Positions 12,608 to 26,980 of a stretch of 64,000 bases of DNA are shown here, in pieces; within the stretch, counting starts at the first letter, position 1; every line of letters starts with the position of its first letter. The notes below the pieces were generated by a model. It had not been told where the DNA came from and did no database searches. It was given only the letters and a program-made list of their open reading frames with translations. The position numbers and the translations under genes are program-made. This DNA is from the human T2T-CHM13v2.0 reference genome, Homo sapiens: the NCBI RefSeq assembly GCF_009914755.1, contig NC_060928.1; one strand, written 5' to 3'.

Positions 12608-13389
12608 TTTGCCTGTATTTCCAGACCTATCATATCTGGAACTTCTTGGCAATTCAAGGCAAATTATTAAGAAATTAATATATTAAGAGGAAGTCTTCAA
12701 CCTGGTCTAATTGTATCAATAGAAGTCAAATATTATAAACAAGTTTGTTAGTGATCTAGGCACTCATAACAATAATAGTTACTGACTAGTACAAACTGAG
12801 TGACATCTCCTGGAGACATGCAAGGAATTTAAGCTGACAGAGAACAATTATACAATTGTAGTATCCATTGATAGTGTGGTACACATTCCTAGGAGCACAA
12901 AGGAATTCATTAGATGTTATTTAATCTCTAGTTTCTTCATTTCTTTGATAAGATATTATCAACTTTGTTTTAGACTTAGAATCAAAAGAACAAAATAACT
13001 TTTGCAAAGTCATGAGTTACCTTTAATCATTTAGTCATGAAACAAGTCAGTATAGCTATGAGAATAAAGTTTCCTATTTTAAACTTAGTATGTTTCTCAA
13101 TCTTAACAGTGTTCCATCTCATTTGTTAGAAGCAACTTACAAAAATAGATTTTATTGGTCATTTTGGCAGTCTACTTAATTTTTAAATTGCATGGATGAT
13201 GTTGTTAAAATAAGAGTTATTTTTAGTATGACAATAATTCATGTCCATCATAAAAATTTTGCTAAAATATTTTAACTAAAAATATCAGATGAAGATGACT
13301 CTTAACATTTTAGTATACCTTCCCAATTTTCTTTTTCTGCCACATAGTCGCAAAGTGGGCTCTAATAAGAACTCTTTTTTAATCTTGAA

Positions 13390-13575
13390 TCCTGTTGCAT
13401 GATACCAGGTAAATTGTTTAACCACCCCATGACTTGGGGTTTTCCTCTGTAAAATGGTGATAATAATAATAATAATACTCATATCATTAGTTTCCTTTGA
13501 AAATCAAACAGAATTATCTATATAAGACGCTTAAACCATAGTCTAGAATTGCGTAAGCAATCAAATATCGGTAGT
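13390..13575 (+). mobile_element. MIR SINE
   Basis: Core GTTTTCCTCTGTAAAATGGTGATAATAATA. Confidence 0.7.
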
Positions 13576-14699
13576 TTTTGCACTTTTTTTTCATTGTTTT
13601 GATCATACTTCACATAAACTGATTCATGTTGTGAATTTCTCATTTTACATAATATCATAGGCCTTTTCCTGTGTTATGATCATTTTTCAGAGTTTGTAGT
13701 ACTTTTAAAGAAATATATTTTATCTGAAAAAAGTAAAACTACTTTTGTTTCTCAAATACTGTTACATATAGTTACTAAAATTCAAATTTTGCACCAAAAT
13801 ATTTTACCTCTATACAGACACCTACAATCTATTTTTGACTGCTGAGATACTTTGGGATAAAAACTGAAAACAGTCCAGGTGTTTCAGAACATCCAGATGT
13901 TCTACAGAATAAACACTTTCATTGTAGATTAAAAATTTACATTTTCAGCTAGGTGCTAGGTGAAAAAAATTCCGATATTAGCAACTAGAATTAGTCATGC
14001 TGAATGGTTTATTTCATCTTTTTCATCACTGCAATATTATCACCTTAGTGCTATGTATTACAGAAAACTGAGATACATTGGTCTCTGATAGAATTTCTGG
14101 ACCATGAAAGCTACACTCTTAGAGTTTATGGTTGGAGTGTGGTTGTATGTGAAAATAACTACAACCTTATTTGACATTACAACAATTTAATGAATTAGAA
14201 GTCTGCTTTTTAAAATGGTCCCAATATAATTTTTGTAGATAATTGCATCTACTCCTTTTCCTGTCAATGGCTGCTTGATTCTCAATCTAGATCTTAGTAT
14301 GTTTGCCTCAGTAAATGAAGATAAAGCTAGTTCTGGTCTTTATAGCTAACTCCACAGATTAACGTAGCGTACTTGATATTGGATAATATATCATTTGGCC
14401 ATGATCCTGCCCTTAAATTCTGTTATTTGGTACATGCTGGTTTGAAAAGAAGCCTCAGAACAGAAACCATGAGTCTCTTTTACATGTTACCTGAAATTGC
14501 TTATTTTCTGTTTATTTCTTTAAATTATTCTATTCAATCTAAATACACATGTACACATTCTCACTGTTATATGTGTGCATGCATATGGTGTGTTCCAAAT
14601 AGCATGCAGCAGGTTCAGTAATATAGAGATGAATTTACTGTCTGCCATCAAAAATGTTCAGAATCTTGCAGAATGTTGATATATATCAACATCTATAAG

Positions 14700-14880
14700 G
14701 AATACTATTTATTATGTTCTACACATTTTGCTAGTTTTTTTATGGGTATTATCTAATGAAATTGTTTAAATTAAACCTTCCATAGAATTGGTATTATTAT
14801 CCCTGCTTTACAAAATAAGAAATTGAATGATAAGATACCTTGCTCATAGTTGCACACCTTAGAAACCAGTTACATCTAAC
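14700..14880 (-). mobile_element. MIR SINE
   Basis: Reverse core GGTATTATTATCCCTGCTTTACAAAATAAGAAATTGA...CTTGCTCATAGTTGCACA. Confidence 0.6.
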
Positions 14881-16569
14881 ATGAAATGCTATCAAGTAAG
14901 CTCCAATGTTTCCCTTTGGCAGTTTGAGAGGAGATCTATAACAGGTATTAATTGGATGCCAGAGAACTCTGTCTAATAAGTGAGCATCCAATGACAATGG
15001 AGAAAATTAGAAAATCTCCATGTATGTGATAACACTTGAGGTGAAACTTAATAAAAGAGTGGTAGCTAACTAGGAGTCAGAAAGAAGAAAAGGCACTCCA
15101 GGAAAATTCTTGCAATTCAATTATATTTGAACATTGTCATATACTTTGGTTTTCTAAATAACGATTTAATACACAGTATGAAGATTCTTCTGATAATCTC
15201 AAAAGAATTCTACATTTCCCTATATGGAATTTTCAACATTTTAGCCAAGAGTTATATGTCAAAAACAGAGGGCTTAGCCAACCACAGTTAAGTATAGGAC
15301 CAACGTAATAATTTAGATAAACCAAGGAAAATCATATCCCTACTCTTTCATTTCACTTGCCTACAATATATGGAGAATTGTGCATCTATTTAGTTAAATT
15401 TGCTTATATAGACATGACTTGCCCTAAATGAATGGGACTCTTGCTGAAAAGAAAGGATTCAATTTTCAATATTTGGATCTCTCAAAAGAGAAATGAAACA
15501 TAATAAAATATGTTGCACCTGATATTTAGAGAGGAAATTTGTTTAACATAAACATTTTCTGGACCAGTTTTGTATGTTAAATTAGTGATCACACATGGTT
15601 TATTGCCAACTTAGTGTAATAAATCTCTCAGATGCCAATACCATCTGGCCATCCGTGCCCACTTGCGAATTCCATGTGTCATTTCGTACCTGCCATAGTT
15701 CCATACTCACGCTGCTCAGCATCTGCCCTGAGTTAAATGCTTCCTTTACAAATCACAATTAATGGGAACATCCTGACTTGTGAGTAAAGAATTTGTGAAA
15801 AAAATTGTCACACATCCCAAAATATAGCCTGAGATGTCATTGGACAGATGTTAAACTAAAATAAGTGTGATAATATAAGGAAACAAAAATACTGTATCCT
15901 GCTGTTTTGACTTGGCTGATTTTATTTCGATTTCTTATTTTGTTGATAACGGTTTAAAAACTTTTTTTACAAAATGTATTTTAGAAAATAACAGTGATTA
16001 AAAGGTATGAAGTGGCAGTGTAAAAGTATAATGAAACACCAAGTCTATTAGTTTTCTAAATTTTGTAAGAAAAAAATCAGAATTGCTGCCTTATGCAGTC
16101 TTTGTTTTTTGCCTTGGAAGCCTATAGAGATATTTTTGTGGGCTATTTGGAAAAATGAGAAATCCTCATTGAATCCTAAAGATGGTATTTCCACTTTTAA
16201 CTTGTTAGTCGGCAGTCATTACCATTTAATCAGTACCAAACACACACAAGTAATTTTCAGGAAAAATTCAAAAGCTAGGGGATATCTATGTCTGTCTTCA
16301 GGAGCTTACAAAATAATAGGTATACTGGAGAGTTAAAAGAGTCATTAAGTATAAAATATGGTTATGTGATTCCTGAAATATGATTCTAGGAACAGAACTA
16401 TGAAGTTACACTAATGCTAGGTGCACATAATGGCAAATTAAACTGCGAGCTGCACGTACAAAAACGTCAAATGGAATCGGAGGATAAAACCGCTTAAAAA
16501 AGTACAATTTCAGAAAATATAATTAAGACACTAGCTCCATTTAGCTGCCTCTAAATTTTCTTTCAAAAA

Positions 16570-16850
16570 GATAAGATGACTTGGTAAAGGTGGTGCCTTT
16601 CGAGTTTCTCATGGGACTGTAACATAGACTCTTGATGCGATGCACAGAGAAATAATTTTTGTGTGATTCTTGCTGAAAATGTGAATTTAATCTTGAGGAA
16701 ACACCACACAAGACCAAACTGAGGAAATTATACAAAATAACCGGCGAGTACTCTCTAAGAGTGTCAAGGTCATGGAGACAAAAGGGCTAATGGAGACTAG
16801 AGAGACATAATTAAACGTAATGTGAAAGCCTGAATTGAACCCTGAAAATC
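16570..16850 (+). mobile_element. L1MC4/5-like 3' fragment
   Basis: GAGGAAACACCACACAAGACCAAACTGAGG...GTGTCAAGGTCATGGAGACAAA...GGAGACTAGAGAGACAT. Confidence 0.6.
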
Positions 16851-17029
16851 CTCAAGTATACCGAAAAAAAAAATACAGAGAGGAGAGAGTAAACATTATA
16901 CTTAATATCTCTATCTTGAGAAATCATAACATTTCAGGTTGTGCGTTTAGCTTTCTAACACAAGTGTGTCTCCTGTCGCAACACTGTTCTAAAACATGTA
17001 ATTGCCAATGGCTATGCAGTGGTCTTTCA

Positions 17030-19460
17030 TAGGAATACGTTACATTTTACTTACCATGTTTCTGTTAGCAAAATTTAGTTCTATTTATCCCCTCAAGTTC
17101 TTATGTTAAAAAACCTAGATGCAAAGATTTATGTATAGACAAACAGATAAATACATTTCTAATTTAGAATTATATTTTTGGTTAGACTTGATATTGACTT
17201 TATAACAATTTGGATTGTGTCATATGATCCCTCATCATATCTTTCCTGGAGCTGAAAATTACATTAAAATATTTTTTATTTGATCCATGAAAAGTTGGTA
17301 TCTTGTTTTATTTTTCTTATCTTAATTATTAGTTAGGGTGTTGTTTTAAATGGTTATTTATATTTGTATTTCTATTCTCTTTTACATTTTTATGTATTCT
17401 TTAAATTTGATATGTATTTATCTAATAATATTTGATTATCATTCTGATGCTTAAATACAACATTTTGCTTTTTTAAAAAAATCCCTATTTATCTGCTTTC
17501 TCTAAATTCATGATATGATATGTATGCATTATTACTTTCTGTGAATTTATGGTATATTTATTTTTTTCTAAAACATTCTGGAGTGCGGTTCTGTGTATTT
17601 GACTGCCTTTTCATTAAGATGTAGTACAGATAACTGACCCAATCTTACATATGGCTTTTATTTGAACATATAATTTTAAAATTGTGAGTATTTTTTTAGA
17701 TATACTCACAATTTAGGTTTTCGCTCAAGAGATCTGAGCAGCAACACAGCTGGAGCTCTTCAAAAACAGACTTTGTGACTATTACTCAAGTCACCTCAAG
17801 ATAACAAAATTGTTTTGTTTTGGTATTATTTTTTCTTAATGTACATTGCTACTTTTTCATTTATGAATGTATATTGCAACTAGCACTGCAGAGTGAACCC
17901 GAAATCTCCCTTATAAACAATTAAGTTCATTGACTTGAATATTTTATTTTTCTTATTATACAATTTAAACCATCAGTATAAAAATAATTGTATTGTAATT
18001 ACTTAAGTTACTAAAAGACTATATGAAAAAAATAATTTCAAGAACATTATAATGTTTTATTTAAAAATTCTTTAAAAGGGATTTTCCAAACCTGACTGAT
18101 AATGATTTTAAGTTATGAGTTATAACTACTTCAATAGTTTCAGTTGACATTTGCTAATATAATTATTGAAATTATTTTAATAATTCCAGTTGACAATTTT
18201 GTAGTAGTGTTTACAGAACCTGTCTGGCCTTGTCTCTTTGTCTAACCATTTTCAAGACTTCACAACAATAATAAAAGCTTGGATTTATTTAGGCTTACAA
18301 CATACCTTGCCTTGTTCTAAGAGTTTTACACCATTTGTTTTCCTTTATTTATTACGATATGTGGTGTAGGGGTTATTAACAGGCTCATATTACTGGAATC
18401 AGATTTTAAATAATTTGTCCAACTTTGCAGATCAGGTCTCAGACATTTACACCAGATTACTAAGACCCACGCATTTTTCACTCCTCTGTAGGATGGCTAC
18501 TTCTTTGAACCATAACTTCATTTTTTTTTTTCTAAAACTTGTTCATGCATGAGTTTCTCAATTGTTATTTATGTCTTTGCAGAATGGTATGTTTTCAAAT
18601 AATTATTTGTGGAGGGTAAATAGACAAAACATGTTATGAACCCGTTTATATTGGATAATATTTTCTACTGCTTTTCCATCAGAAGAGATACTTCATTTTT
18701 ATTATAATAATGCTGGGATTGAATCATACTGCTAGTGTAATAACAGACAATTGACCTGTCTGAAAATCAGTTTTTTATCTACAAACGATAAAACTAATGT
18801 TCATCCAACTCACTGGATTGTTTTGAAGATTTAATTATATATCCCTCATAAAGAAGGCAAATAATCAATTGGAGATTACAATGATTATTTTTCTAATGTA
18901 TTATTCTCATCGTTTTCCAGAAAAGTAACACCGCTGTTGTTGTTGTCATTTTCGTTAATCTCTTGGTAAAGAATTATTCAATAATCCTTCAAAACCTGCA
19001 AAAGTTTCTCCATTAGTGTCAGGTAATTTAAAAAAGAGAAATCTGAATCCATCTGGATTTTGTCTCTTTTGAAAACATCTTTCCCTCTCCTCCCCTCTGT
19101 TCCCTGGATACTACCTGTAAAAATTGTTTTTCTTTTTATTTACCATGATGCATTTAGGTATGGCTTGTCTATAAGTTGTTTATTGAATCCCTTTATACAA
19201 CATATTTCAGAATATTATTAATTTTTATGGAAAGTTTTCTTCTATTATAACTTTCATTATTGCTTCCATTTAGTTTGATATAGCTACTTTCCATAAAATT
19301 CTTCATAGGCTGTATTTTAAACATATCATGTATATATCTGGCATCTAGTCTTGTAATAAATTTACTCTTTTTTTCATAGTTTTGAGAATTCTTTACAAGT
19401 ATGAACTGCACACAATGATGAAATCTTATAATCAATTTGAATTTTTTAAACCACTTATTT
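17030..19460 (-). mobile_element. Very old L1M(E) fragments with interspersed MIR pieces (~18290-18490 minus, ~18710-18860 plus)
   Basis: T-rich strand bias and weak L1/MIR-like motifs; boundaries uncertain. Confidence 0.35.
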
Positions 19461-21986
19461 AAATGTTCACTTTTAGAGTAGTTGAAGTACTTATTAGGGT
19501 AATGTGGTTTTATTAAAATATCTGCTATGATTTTGGAGTAAACTTCATTTATTCATTCTCTTTTTCACACACACACATTTCATTTTTTCAAAATAATATT
19601 GTTTTTCTTATTTCTCAGCAAATTGGGAATTGGAATGAGCAATGAAAGCAAACTAATAATTATAATTTATCTTTTTCATTCTTAAAATATAATTTCAAAG
19701 TATTATATTCAATGTTCTATAATTTAATAATCAATGCCACTCAAATATTTTTATAACTGAGTAAATTATTGATGGGTGTAAATATCAATACACAAAAACA
19801 ATTACAATAATAAGATTATTTTTCCACATTTCATGCATACTAGCATTATGTACAACTCATATTTTTCTTGTACGTTTGCCAGCTCTTCTAAAATATGTAT
19901 TTCTTACATAATTTTTAAGGATTTCCAGGATTTTTCCTCTCTTCTGAACTTGGCAATCTTACTCTTTTATATCTCTTTTAACCACATCTATAATATAGAA
20001 TCAAATTTGGGTTTAATATATTACAAAATAATTTTCAGCTGAAACTTGTACTTTAAAATATTGCAAGATATGAAATACATCTGTACCTTGTTTTACTGTA
20101 CTATTCTCCCACCATTCTAACCCTAGTGAAACATCTTCCATAATGCAGAAATTATATTACCAGCTCAAATGTGTTAAAGAATCATTGGGTTCCTAAACAG
20201 CTTCATCTTTATTGGACAGTAACTAATAATTTTTTGGGGCATTTGTTCTATTTTGTCTCTTAATTGTTACTAGATTTTAGTGATTAGCCTAAGTAACCAC
20301 TTCCTCTCCTAAAATGACCAATCCTGGGAGATTTAGTAGAGCATCTCTTGAATACCCTTTACTTGACATTCTCTGTGTATTTCAAATTCTAACTTTAGAT
20401 TCCTTTTATTACAAAGTCAAGAAGGTATAGGAAAATTGCCTTGATTCTGACAAAATTTGCTCTGGTCTAAACATAACCACTCATACCTGCTTGATTTGGT
20501 GCAAAGGACTTACTTATCTGGCTACTGTTTTTTTTCAGTTATTATTTGATAGGATAATTGAGATAACAAACATAAAGCATATAGTATAACACTTAGGCCA
20601 TAGTAAGTGCTCAATAAGTACTAATTTATTTTCCAGGTATTTCCAGATTCTAATTTAGAGCTAAAATTTAAGTATTGTAAACACACTGGATACAATCAAG
20701 TATAAAAACATAGGGAAGAGCAACATATAGAAAGCACAGTAATTATGGCATACAGGGTAATATACATGATGCATGCTATCAATAGGCAGCTCAAAATTGT
20801 GTGTAAGTCATGAAAGACACGCAAACCAGTTCTGGGAATGTTGAGTGATACATGCAAAGCCGAGAAAACCAGCAATCTTTGTAAAAGTTGGCTACAGGAA
20901 AAATCCTAAGAACACAAAATATATAACCCACATTTTTTGTATAATAAAATCTCTAGAAGTATAAAAATATAGAATATTGTCTGTAAACTAGATAAATGTA
21001 CTTCAAACAACTAAACTAAAATACTTATTAAACTCCTGCAATGTAAAAGACACCATCAAACAAGATACATGGCAAGAGAGCCAACATTAGCAGAATCTTC
21101 ACATAATCTACTCTGGATTTATCCCTTGTCACTCTCCTCTGAGCAATCTATGTTTGTGTGTGTTTATTTTACTTTGCCTTTAATGTTACATGCCCTAAGC
21201 TTATTTAACTTCTATTGCTTTTGTTTGTTGTTCAGTTTGCCCTTCCTGTTGGTACAAATCCTGTCATCCTTTGAATTCCAACTTCAATATCTCTTCCCAC
21301 AAACATAAATCTCATAACATTCTGGGTTCAATAAAAGTCTCAGTTTATTTTATCCTTCTAGTATTTCTGACATCCTTCACCTTGCTATTACAGGTCCAGA
21401 TGAATGCAAACCTCATATATAGTGAGTTTCTTGAGGGTAATGGACAGTTGAAAATATCTCTATGACCCTGGAATCTCGATGCAATGCCTGAGAAGGACCA
21501 GATCATAGGAGACACAAATTAATAAGCTGGGGATAGTGAATTGATAACTATTTACAATAGTCGATTTCTAGCATGTAATTAATAGCAAAGAGGAACAAAG
21601 GTTTCAGTGCGATGATACTTATATGCATGTTTGCCTAAAATCTCTCTTCCTTCCCTCCCTTTTCCCTTTTCATTCTCTTTTCCTTTATTCATTTCTATTT
21701 TCCTTCATATTATTTTCCTTTTCAATATTTTTTTAAACTTTCTATTTATCCATGTAAAATTCTGATGAGCTTTTGTGTAACTACAGGATGGTAGAAATAA
21801 TAGTAATTTACAGCCCAAAATACAGTGTTTTTTTTTAATGCCATTGAATGAATAGGATGAATTTTCAAACTATGATATTTCTGATATCCTTCTGCTTCTG
21901 TAGAGATCAACACCTGGGTTAGATCAGGGAAAAACAAAGAATAAGGAAGATGAGGACAAATAAAAATGGAGCACTTAGGGGTATAA

Positions 21987-22028
<42 letters not shown>

Positions 22029-22043
22029 AGAGAGAGAGAGAGA
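21987..22043 (+). repeat. Compound (TG)n(CG)2(AG)n microsatellite
   Basis: Seen directly. Confidence 0.95.
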
Positions 22044-23964
22044 TGAACATCAAGTCCACATGGTAATAAAAAATAGAGGCCATTACTTCACAGTGAAATA
22101 AATACCAAGTATAGTACGTGTGTTAACATAATTTTTGCGTTAGTTTCTCAATGTGTTAAAAAACCATAATGGTCACCATTTACACATCCACAAATTTATA
22201 CTAACAGTTTATATATGAGGATCAACTAAGTTAATGTTCTTTCAGTAATGGAGTTATTAAATATTCCAAAAGCCAAGGAATATGTTTAATTTATATATGA
22301 GATTTTAGAAATGTTTATTCAGGCCGGAAATTCCTTATATTTAGTTCATTTTGTTTAGTGAGCCAATGTGTCATAAAAATAGATTTTGTTTTGATCATAT
22401 TAGCTTATAATTTTAGAGAGAAAGAACAAGTGAATTGTATGAATTTTTAAATGATGTAAATACAAAAAAGGCTTGTATGTACAGCAACAAAAAGCTGTGC
22501 TATCCTCAGTTTTCAAAGTTTCAAAGGAAAATCTTATAATCTTTCTTAAAGCATTTTTTCCGCATTTATTCACATTTTTGCTATAAGTATACTACTGTAG
22601 GTCTATGTGTATACATACAAATTTTGAAATTGCTTTTATACAAGGAAATTAACTTTTTTCACAATATTTTCTGGAATGGTAGGCAATAATTTAAATTGTG
22701 ATATAACATTTAGCATATCAAGATATGATTTATGATCATTGACAGACACTCAAGCGTGTTTAGGAAGCAGTATACACTTTCTCTCACTGTACATCCAATA
22801 ATGTTGAGAATAAACAGAATAACACTCAACCTGGATTTTGAGGTGGGACTTAAAGTCAAACAAATATTGAAAAATGCTTACGTGCAAACAAAACAAACAT
22901 TCGGCACATATGCTACTCTAGCTGATAACTCAATACTTGCCACATGAAGAGACCATATAATTCAAATAAGTAAATATATTAAATTCCACTGGAATAAAAA
23001 ATGCAATTATAGATCAAAGGATAAACTGCATAGTCAATGCCCGAAATAAAATGGTCAATTTTACCATATAATGTCATATGAATGCATATAGTAGGAAATT
23101 CATCATTTAAAATTTACATTACATGATATTTTATTATTTTACATGGCTTCTCTCATTTAATTTTTCCTTCACTGTAATACACTATATTGTGAATGCTTAC
23201 TTATTTCAAAATTGCCACATCCTATAAAAACTTGAGAATATTAAGCAAAACAGAAGATATTCCTAGTGTGCCTGGTGCAATACATGTATTTAACAATATT
23301 TAGAGGGATAATAACACTAAATGTTATAGCTAACTCCTGGCAGAATAAAGATGTAAATCCAAGTCTCCTAAATTATGGCCTCAGTCATTTTATATTAATT
23401 ATTGCTATTTTTAACTAACTTTAAATGAAAGAATCATAATGTTAGAAAACCTGCTGAATCACAGATCCTGAATATGAGTATTATTTTTAGACAAAATATA
23501 TTAGTTAAGGTTTGGGTTTACTTCTAGATTAATATTTTGACAACTCAGTAGGCAAGAGTCATTATTTTTTATCAGAAAAACAGACATTTTTATGGACCTA
23601 AAATTTCTAATTAAAAGGATATCTTTCACACTTACAGAATTAAGAGGGCATAGTTATATGTAAGTTTCTTTTCTTCGATAAACTCTCTGAAGAAAAAAGA
23701 TGAGCATCATTCATTTATAGTCCTCACATTGGTTACAAATACTCTCTGAAGTTCTAATTTAAGGAAGCTATGATATGTTAGAATAAGGAATGAAAATTGA
23801 AGGAGTTTGAGGTATGCTAATATGTTATGGTAAGGAGAAAGCATTGACAATATTGGTGATGCTGATTATGTAAGCTCAGTTTATTATTTCTACTCAAAAT
23901 AAAATATTTTCACTAAGCCTTTGTCCCCCATATCTTTTGTATGTTTCCACCTATGCTATCCTAG

Positions 23965-24100
23965 TGTTATTATTAATCCCATTTTATGAAGTTTTAAACT
24001 GTCACTGAGAGTTAACTGGCTTGTCTCAAGTCACACAACTAGTTATTAGTGTGGCTGGGATTTGAACTCAAATGTCTCTTGAGTCCAAAACCCCACTTTT
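23965..24100 (-). mobile_element. MIR SINE
   Basis: CCCATTTTATGAAG...GTCACACAACTAGT...GCTGGGATTTGAACTCA. Confidence 0.7.
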
Positions 24101-24434
24101 TTTCTTGTAACAGTACCATCTCTCATAAACCATATGGCCTAACCAGGATTGTGAAAGAGAACATAAGGTATTGTCATGTTTATTTGCCATGATATTTGTT
24201 GAAAATAATTGTAACACTGATGTGCCACCACTAGTCATGTGATGTACAATGAGTAGCACTTTATTTGCAACCAAATCCATTGGGAGAAAAATCATTCTGT
24301 AGCACAACTTTTAAAAACAACTTTATTTACTTACCTTTTTAAAAGTTTGTTATATTAAGCTATAAAACAATATACTTTTAAAATACTGAAGAATAGAAAA
24401 CTGGCGGGGTTCAAAACAGAGGTTGCAAATGGAT

Positions 24435-24570
24435 TTATTTGGTATCTACTGTGTACTAAGCAATGTGCCAATTACTTTACTCATCCATTCACATACTATG
24501 GTTAGAATAAACTCTATTTATCAGATGAGAAAACTGAGACCCAGAGAAGTTAAGTAAATCATATCCAATA
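24435..24570 (-). mobile_element. MIR SINE
   Basis: CAGATGAGAAAACTGAGACCCAGAGAAGTTAAGTAA. Confidence 0.75.
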
Positions 24571-24734
24571 TTAAATTTCCAGTAAACGAGGCTTTCTGCC
24601 ATTGTACAGATGCCTATGTAATGCAAACAAATTTTACTATCGTATCTCTCATTGATGAAATTTAGATTATTTATAGTTAAATTTCTGGCTCACATACATC
24701 TAATCATGCTATAAACTGCTACATATAAAGTCCA

Positions 24735-25153
24735 TGTAAGGCTATTCTTTGGGTTGCAATAAAGAAATACCTAAGACTGGGTAATTTATAAAGAAAAGAG
24801 GTTTAATTGGCTCACAATCCTGCAGGTTGTACAAGTATAGTGTTGGCATCTGCTTGGCTTCTGGGGAGGCCTCAGGGAGGTGTTTACTGATAAGGAAAGC
24901 CAAGCAGGATTAGGCACAAGACATGATGAGAGCAGGAACAAAAGAAAGCGAGAGAGAAGTTGCCAGACACTTTTAAACAATCAGATCTTGAGGGAACTTA
25001 CTCACTATGGTGAAAAGAGCACCAAGGCGATGGTGCTAAATCTTTCATGAGAAATCCACCCTCGTGATCCAATCACCTCCCAAGAGGTCCCACCTCCAAC
25101 ACTGGAGATTACATTTAAACATGAGATTTGGAGGGAGCATCCAAACTATATCA
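24735..25153 (-). mobile_element. MaLR solo LTR, MSTB-type
   Basis: AAAGAAATACCTAAGACTGGGTAATTTATAAAGAAAAGAGGTTTAATTGGCTCAC...CATCCAAACTATATCA. Confidence 0.88.
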
Positions 25154-26371
25154 ACTAGTATTCATCGAACACACAAATAAACCAAAGATGGCCTATCCCA
25201 AAAGACTTTACAAATCTGGTAAAGTAGATAGAAGAGATTAAATATGTATACACATAAAAATTTTACAAAGTCAAAGCAACAAATGCTCTAATAATAACAT
25301 AGATTGATCATGATTCATTCATGGTAACCCAGATTATTGAAATATAAATACTGGAAATCACATCTGAAAAAATGATGCACCGTAAGTCTTCCTGATACAT
25401 TTATTTTTTCTTTCTTCTGCTTTTTTCTTTTTCTTAATAGTTTTATTTAACCTATGAATTTATGTTTATAAAATCCACTTTATGAAATTATAATCATGTC
25501 TTAGCTAGAAGGTTGATGGAGAAAAAGGGACATCCTACTTGTGGATCATATTGACAAAAACCTGAAATGTACAGAGTTTTCGTACAGGTGAGAACTATAG
25601 AACACTCTCTGATGGGAGTACTGTGGCTATATTGAAGACTCAAAGAAAAAAACAAGCAATAGCAAGTAAACATAATTAATTCATATGTAAAGAAAAACAT
25701 CCTATCATGGCTATAGCACCAGGTTAAATGAATTAATTATTTTAGTTTTTAACATACAAAAGCATGTTTATTTAAAAAAAACTAATTAAGAAATTATAAT
25801 TATGAAAAGTTGGTGATTTTATTGTGCCTTAGAAACATTAGGTAGGACGTTGAGGCAACTGAATATGCCAGATAACTATGTGATTAGTAAGAAGGCTAAA
25901 AGGAAAAGCAAGAGGGAGAGGAGGAGGGGGAAAAGGAGGGCAAAAAAAAGAAAAACAAAAATAATAGTAAAAATGCCTAATAAACTAATGCATTTTGAAC
26001 ATTTTCATATCTATGTAATTAAAAATGGGTGATGCTTCAGGAAAGAGAAGAAGGAATTTTAAAAACTTAAAGAAGAGGGAATTTATGGAAGTAATTTTTA
26101 ATAGTATATAGTAATGTTAATAATATAAATGATTACCAACTATATCCAAAGAACATGTATGTTACCTTCAAAAATATAATCAATAATACAATGTCTTATT
26201 CCTTTTACTATGTGTTTGTCTTAAAGAAAAACATTTGCTGTTTAATGACTTTTATATTAAATTATGGATACATGTTTCTTCACATATCTGAAACAGATGT
26301 AAGAGAGAAAGGACAAAGGAAAGGCTATCCATTAGCATCAATATTTTTATATCCTATTATTCTCATGTGTA

Positions 26372-26399
26372 TACACACACACACACACACACACACACA
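26372..26399 (+). repeat. (CA)n microsatellite
   Basis: Seen directly. Confidence 0.95.
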
Positions 26400-26440
26400 T
26401 TTTGAATTGTAATGAATATTTTTCCTTGCATGTTCAGTGG

Positions 26441-26980
26441 TGATATGGTTCGGCTTTGTTCCCCCACCCACCTCATCTCAAATTGTAATCCCCACATGTC
26501 AAGGGCGAGACCTAGTGGGAGGTTATTGAATCATGGGAGTGGTTTCCCTCATGCTGTTCTCATGGTAGTGACTGAGTTCTCATGAGATCTGATGTTTTTA
26601 AACGTGTGTGGCAGTTCCCCACTTCACACTCTCTCTTTCCACTATCACCTTGTGAAGAAGACGTTTGCTTCTCCTTCTGCCATGATTCTAAGTTTCCTGA
26701 GGCCTCCCCAGTCATGCAGAACTGTGAGTCAATTAAACCTCTTTTCTTTATAAATTACTCAGTCTTGGGCAGTTCTTTATAGCAATGTGAGAACAGACTA
26801 ATACAGAAAATTGGTACCAGTAATGTGAGGTACTGCTCACATTTCAAGATACTTGAAAATGTGAAAGTGACTGGGTAACGGGCAGAGGTTGGAAGAGTTT
26901 GGAGGGCTCAGAAGAAGACGGGAAGATGTGGAAAAGTTTGGAACTTTCTGGAGACTTGTTGAATGGTTATGACCAAATAT
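26441..26980 (+). mobile_element. THE1D/MSTA-type MaLR 5' LTR (26441-26805) plus ~175 bp of internal sequence, truncated
   Basis: TGATATGGTTCGGCT...GACTAATACA then GAAAATTGGTACCAG...GGCAGAGGTTGGAAGAGTTTGGAGGGCTCAGAAGAAGAC (MaLR internal start). Confidence 0.88.

Larger units (their letters stand above)
10270..12680 (+). mobile_element. Degraded L2 interrupted by an Alu and an MLT2A LTR
   Basis: Pyrimidine-rich L2-like text (TCCAAATACCTGCCAGCAGTCTCTAGCTGGAT; GCCTTTGCATTTGTAGCTATTTCTGCCCGGAA) continues across both insertions. Confidence 0.6.

Noticed and set aside
13886-13903. AGAACA-6nt-TGTTCT palindrome as steroid response element
   Set aside because: GR/AR/PR elements need a 3-nt spacer; this has 6
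25850-26032. Lys/Arg-rich 60-aa ORF resembling an NLS or protamine
   Set aside because: Product of a purine-rich low-complexity tract
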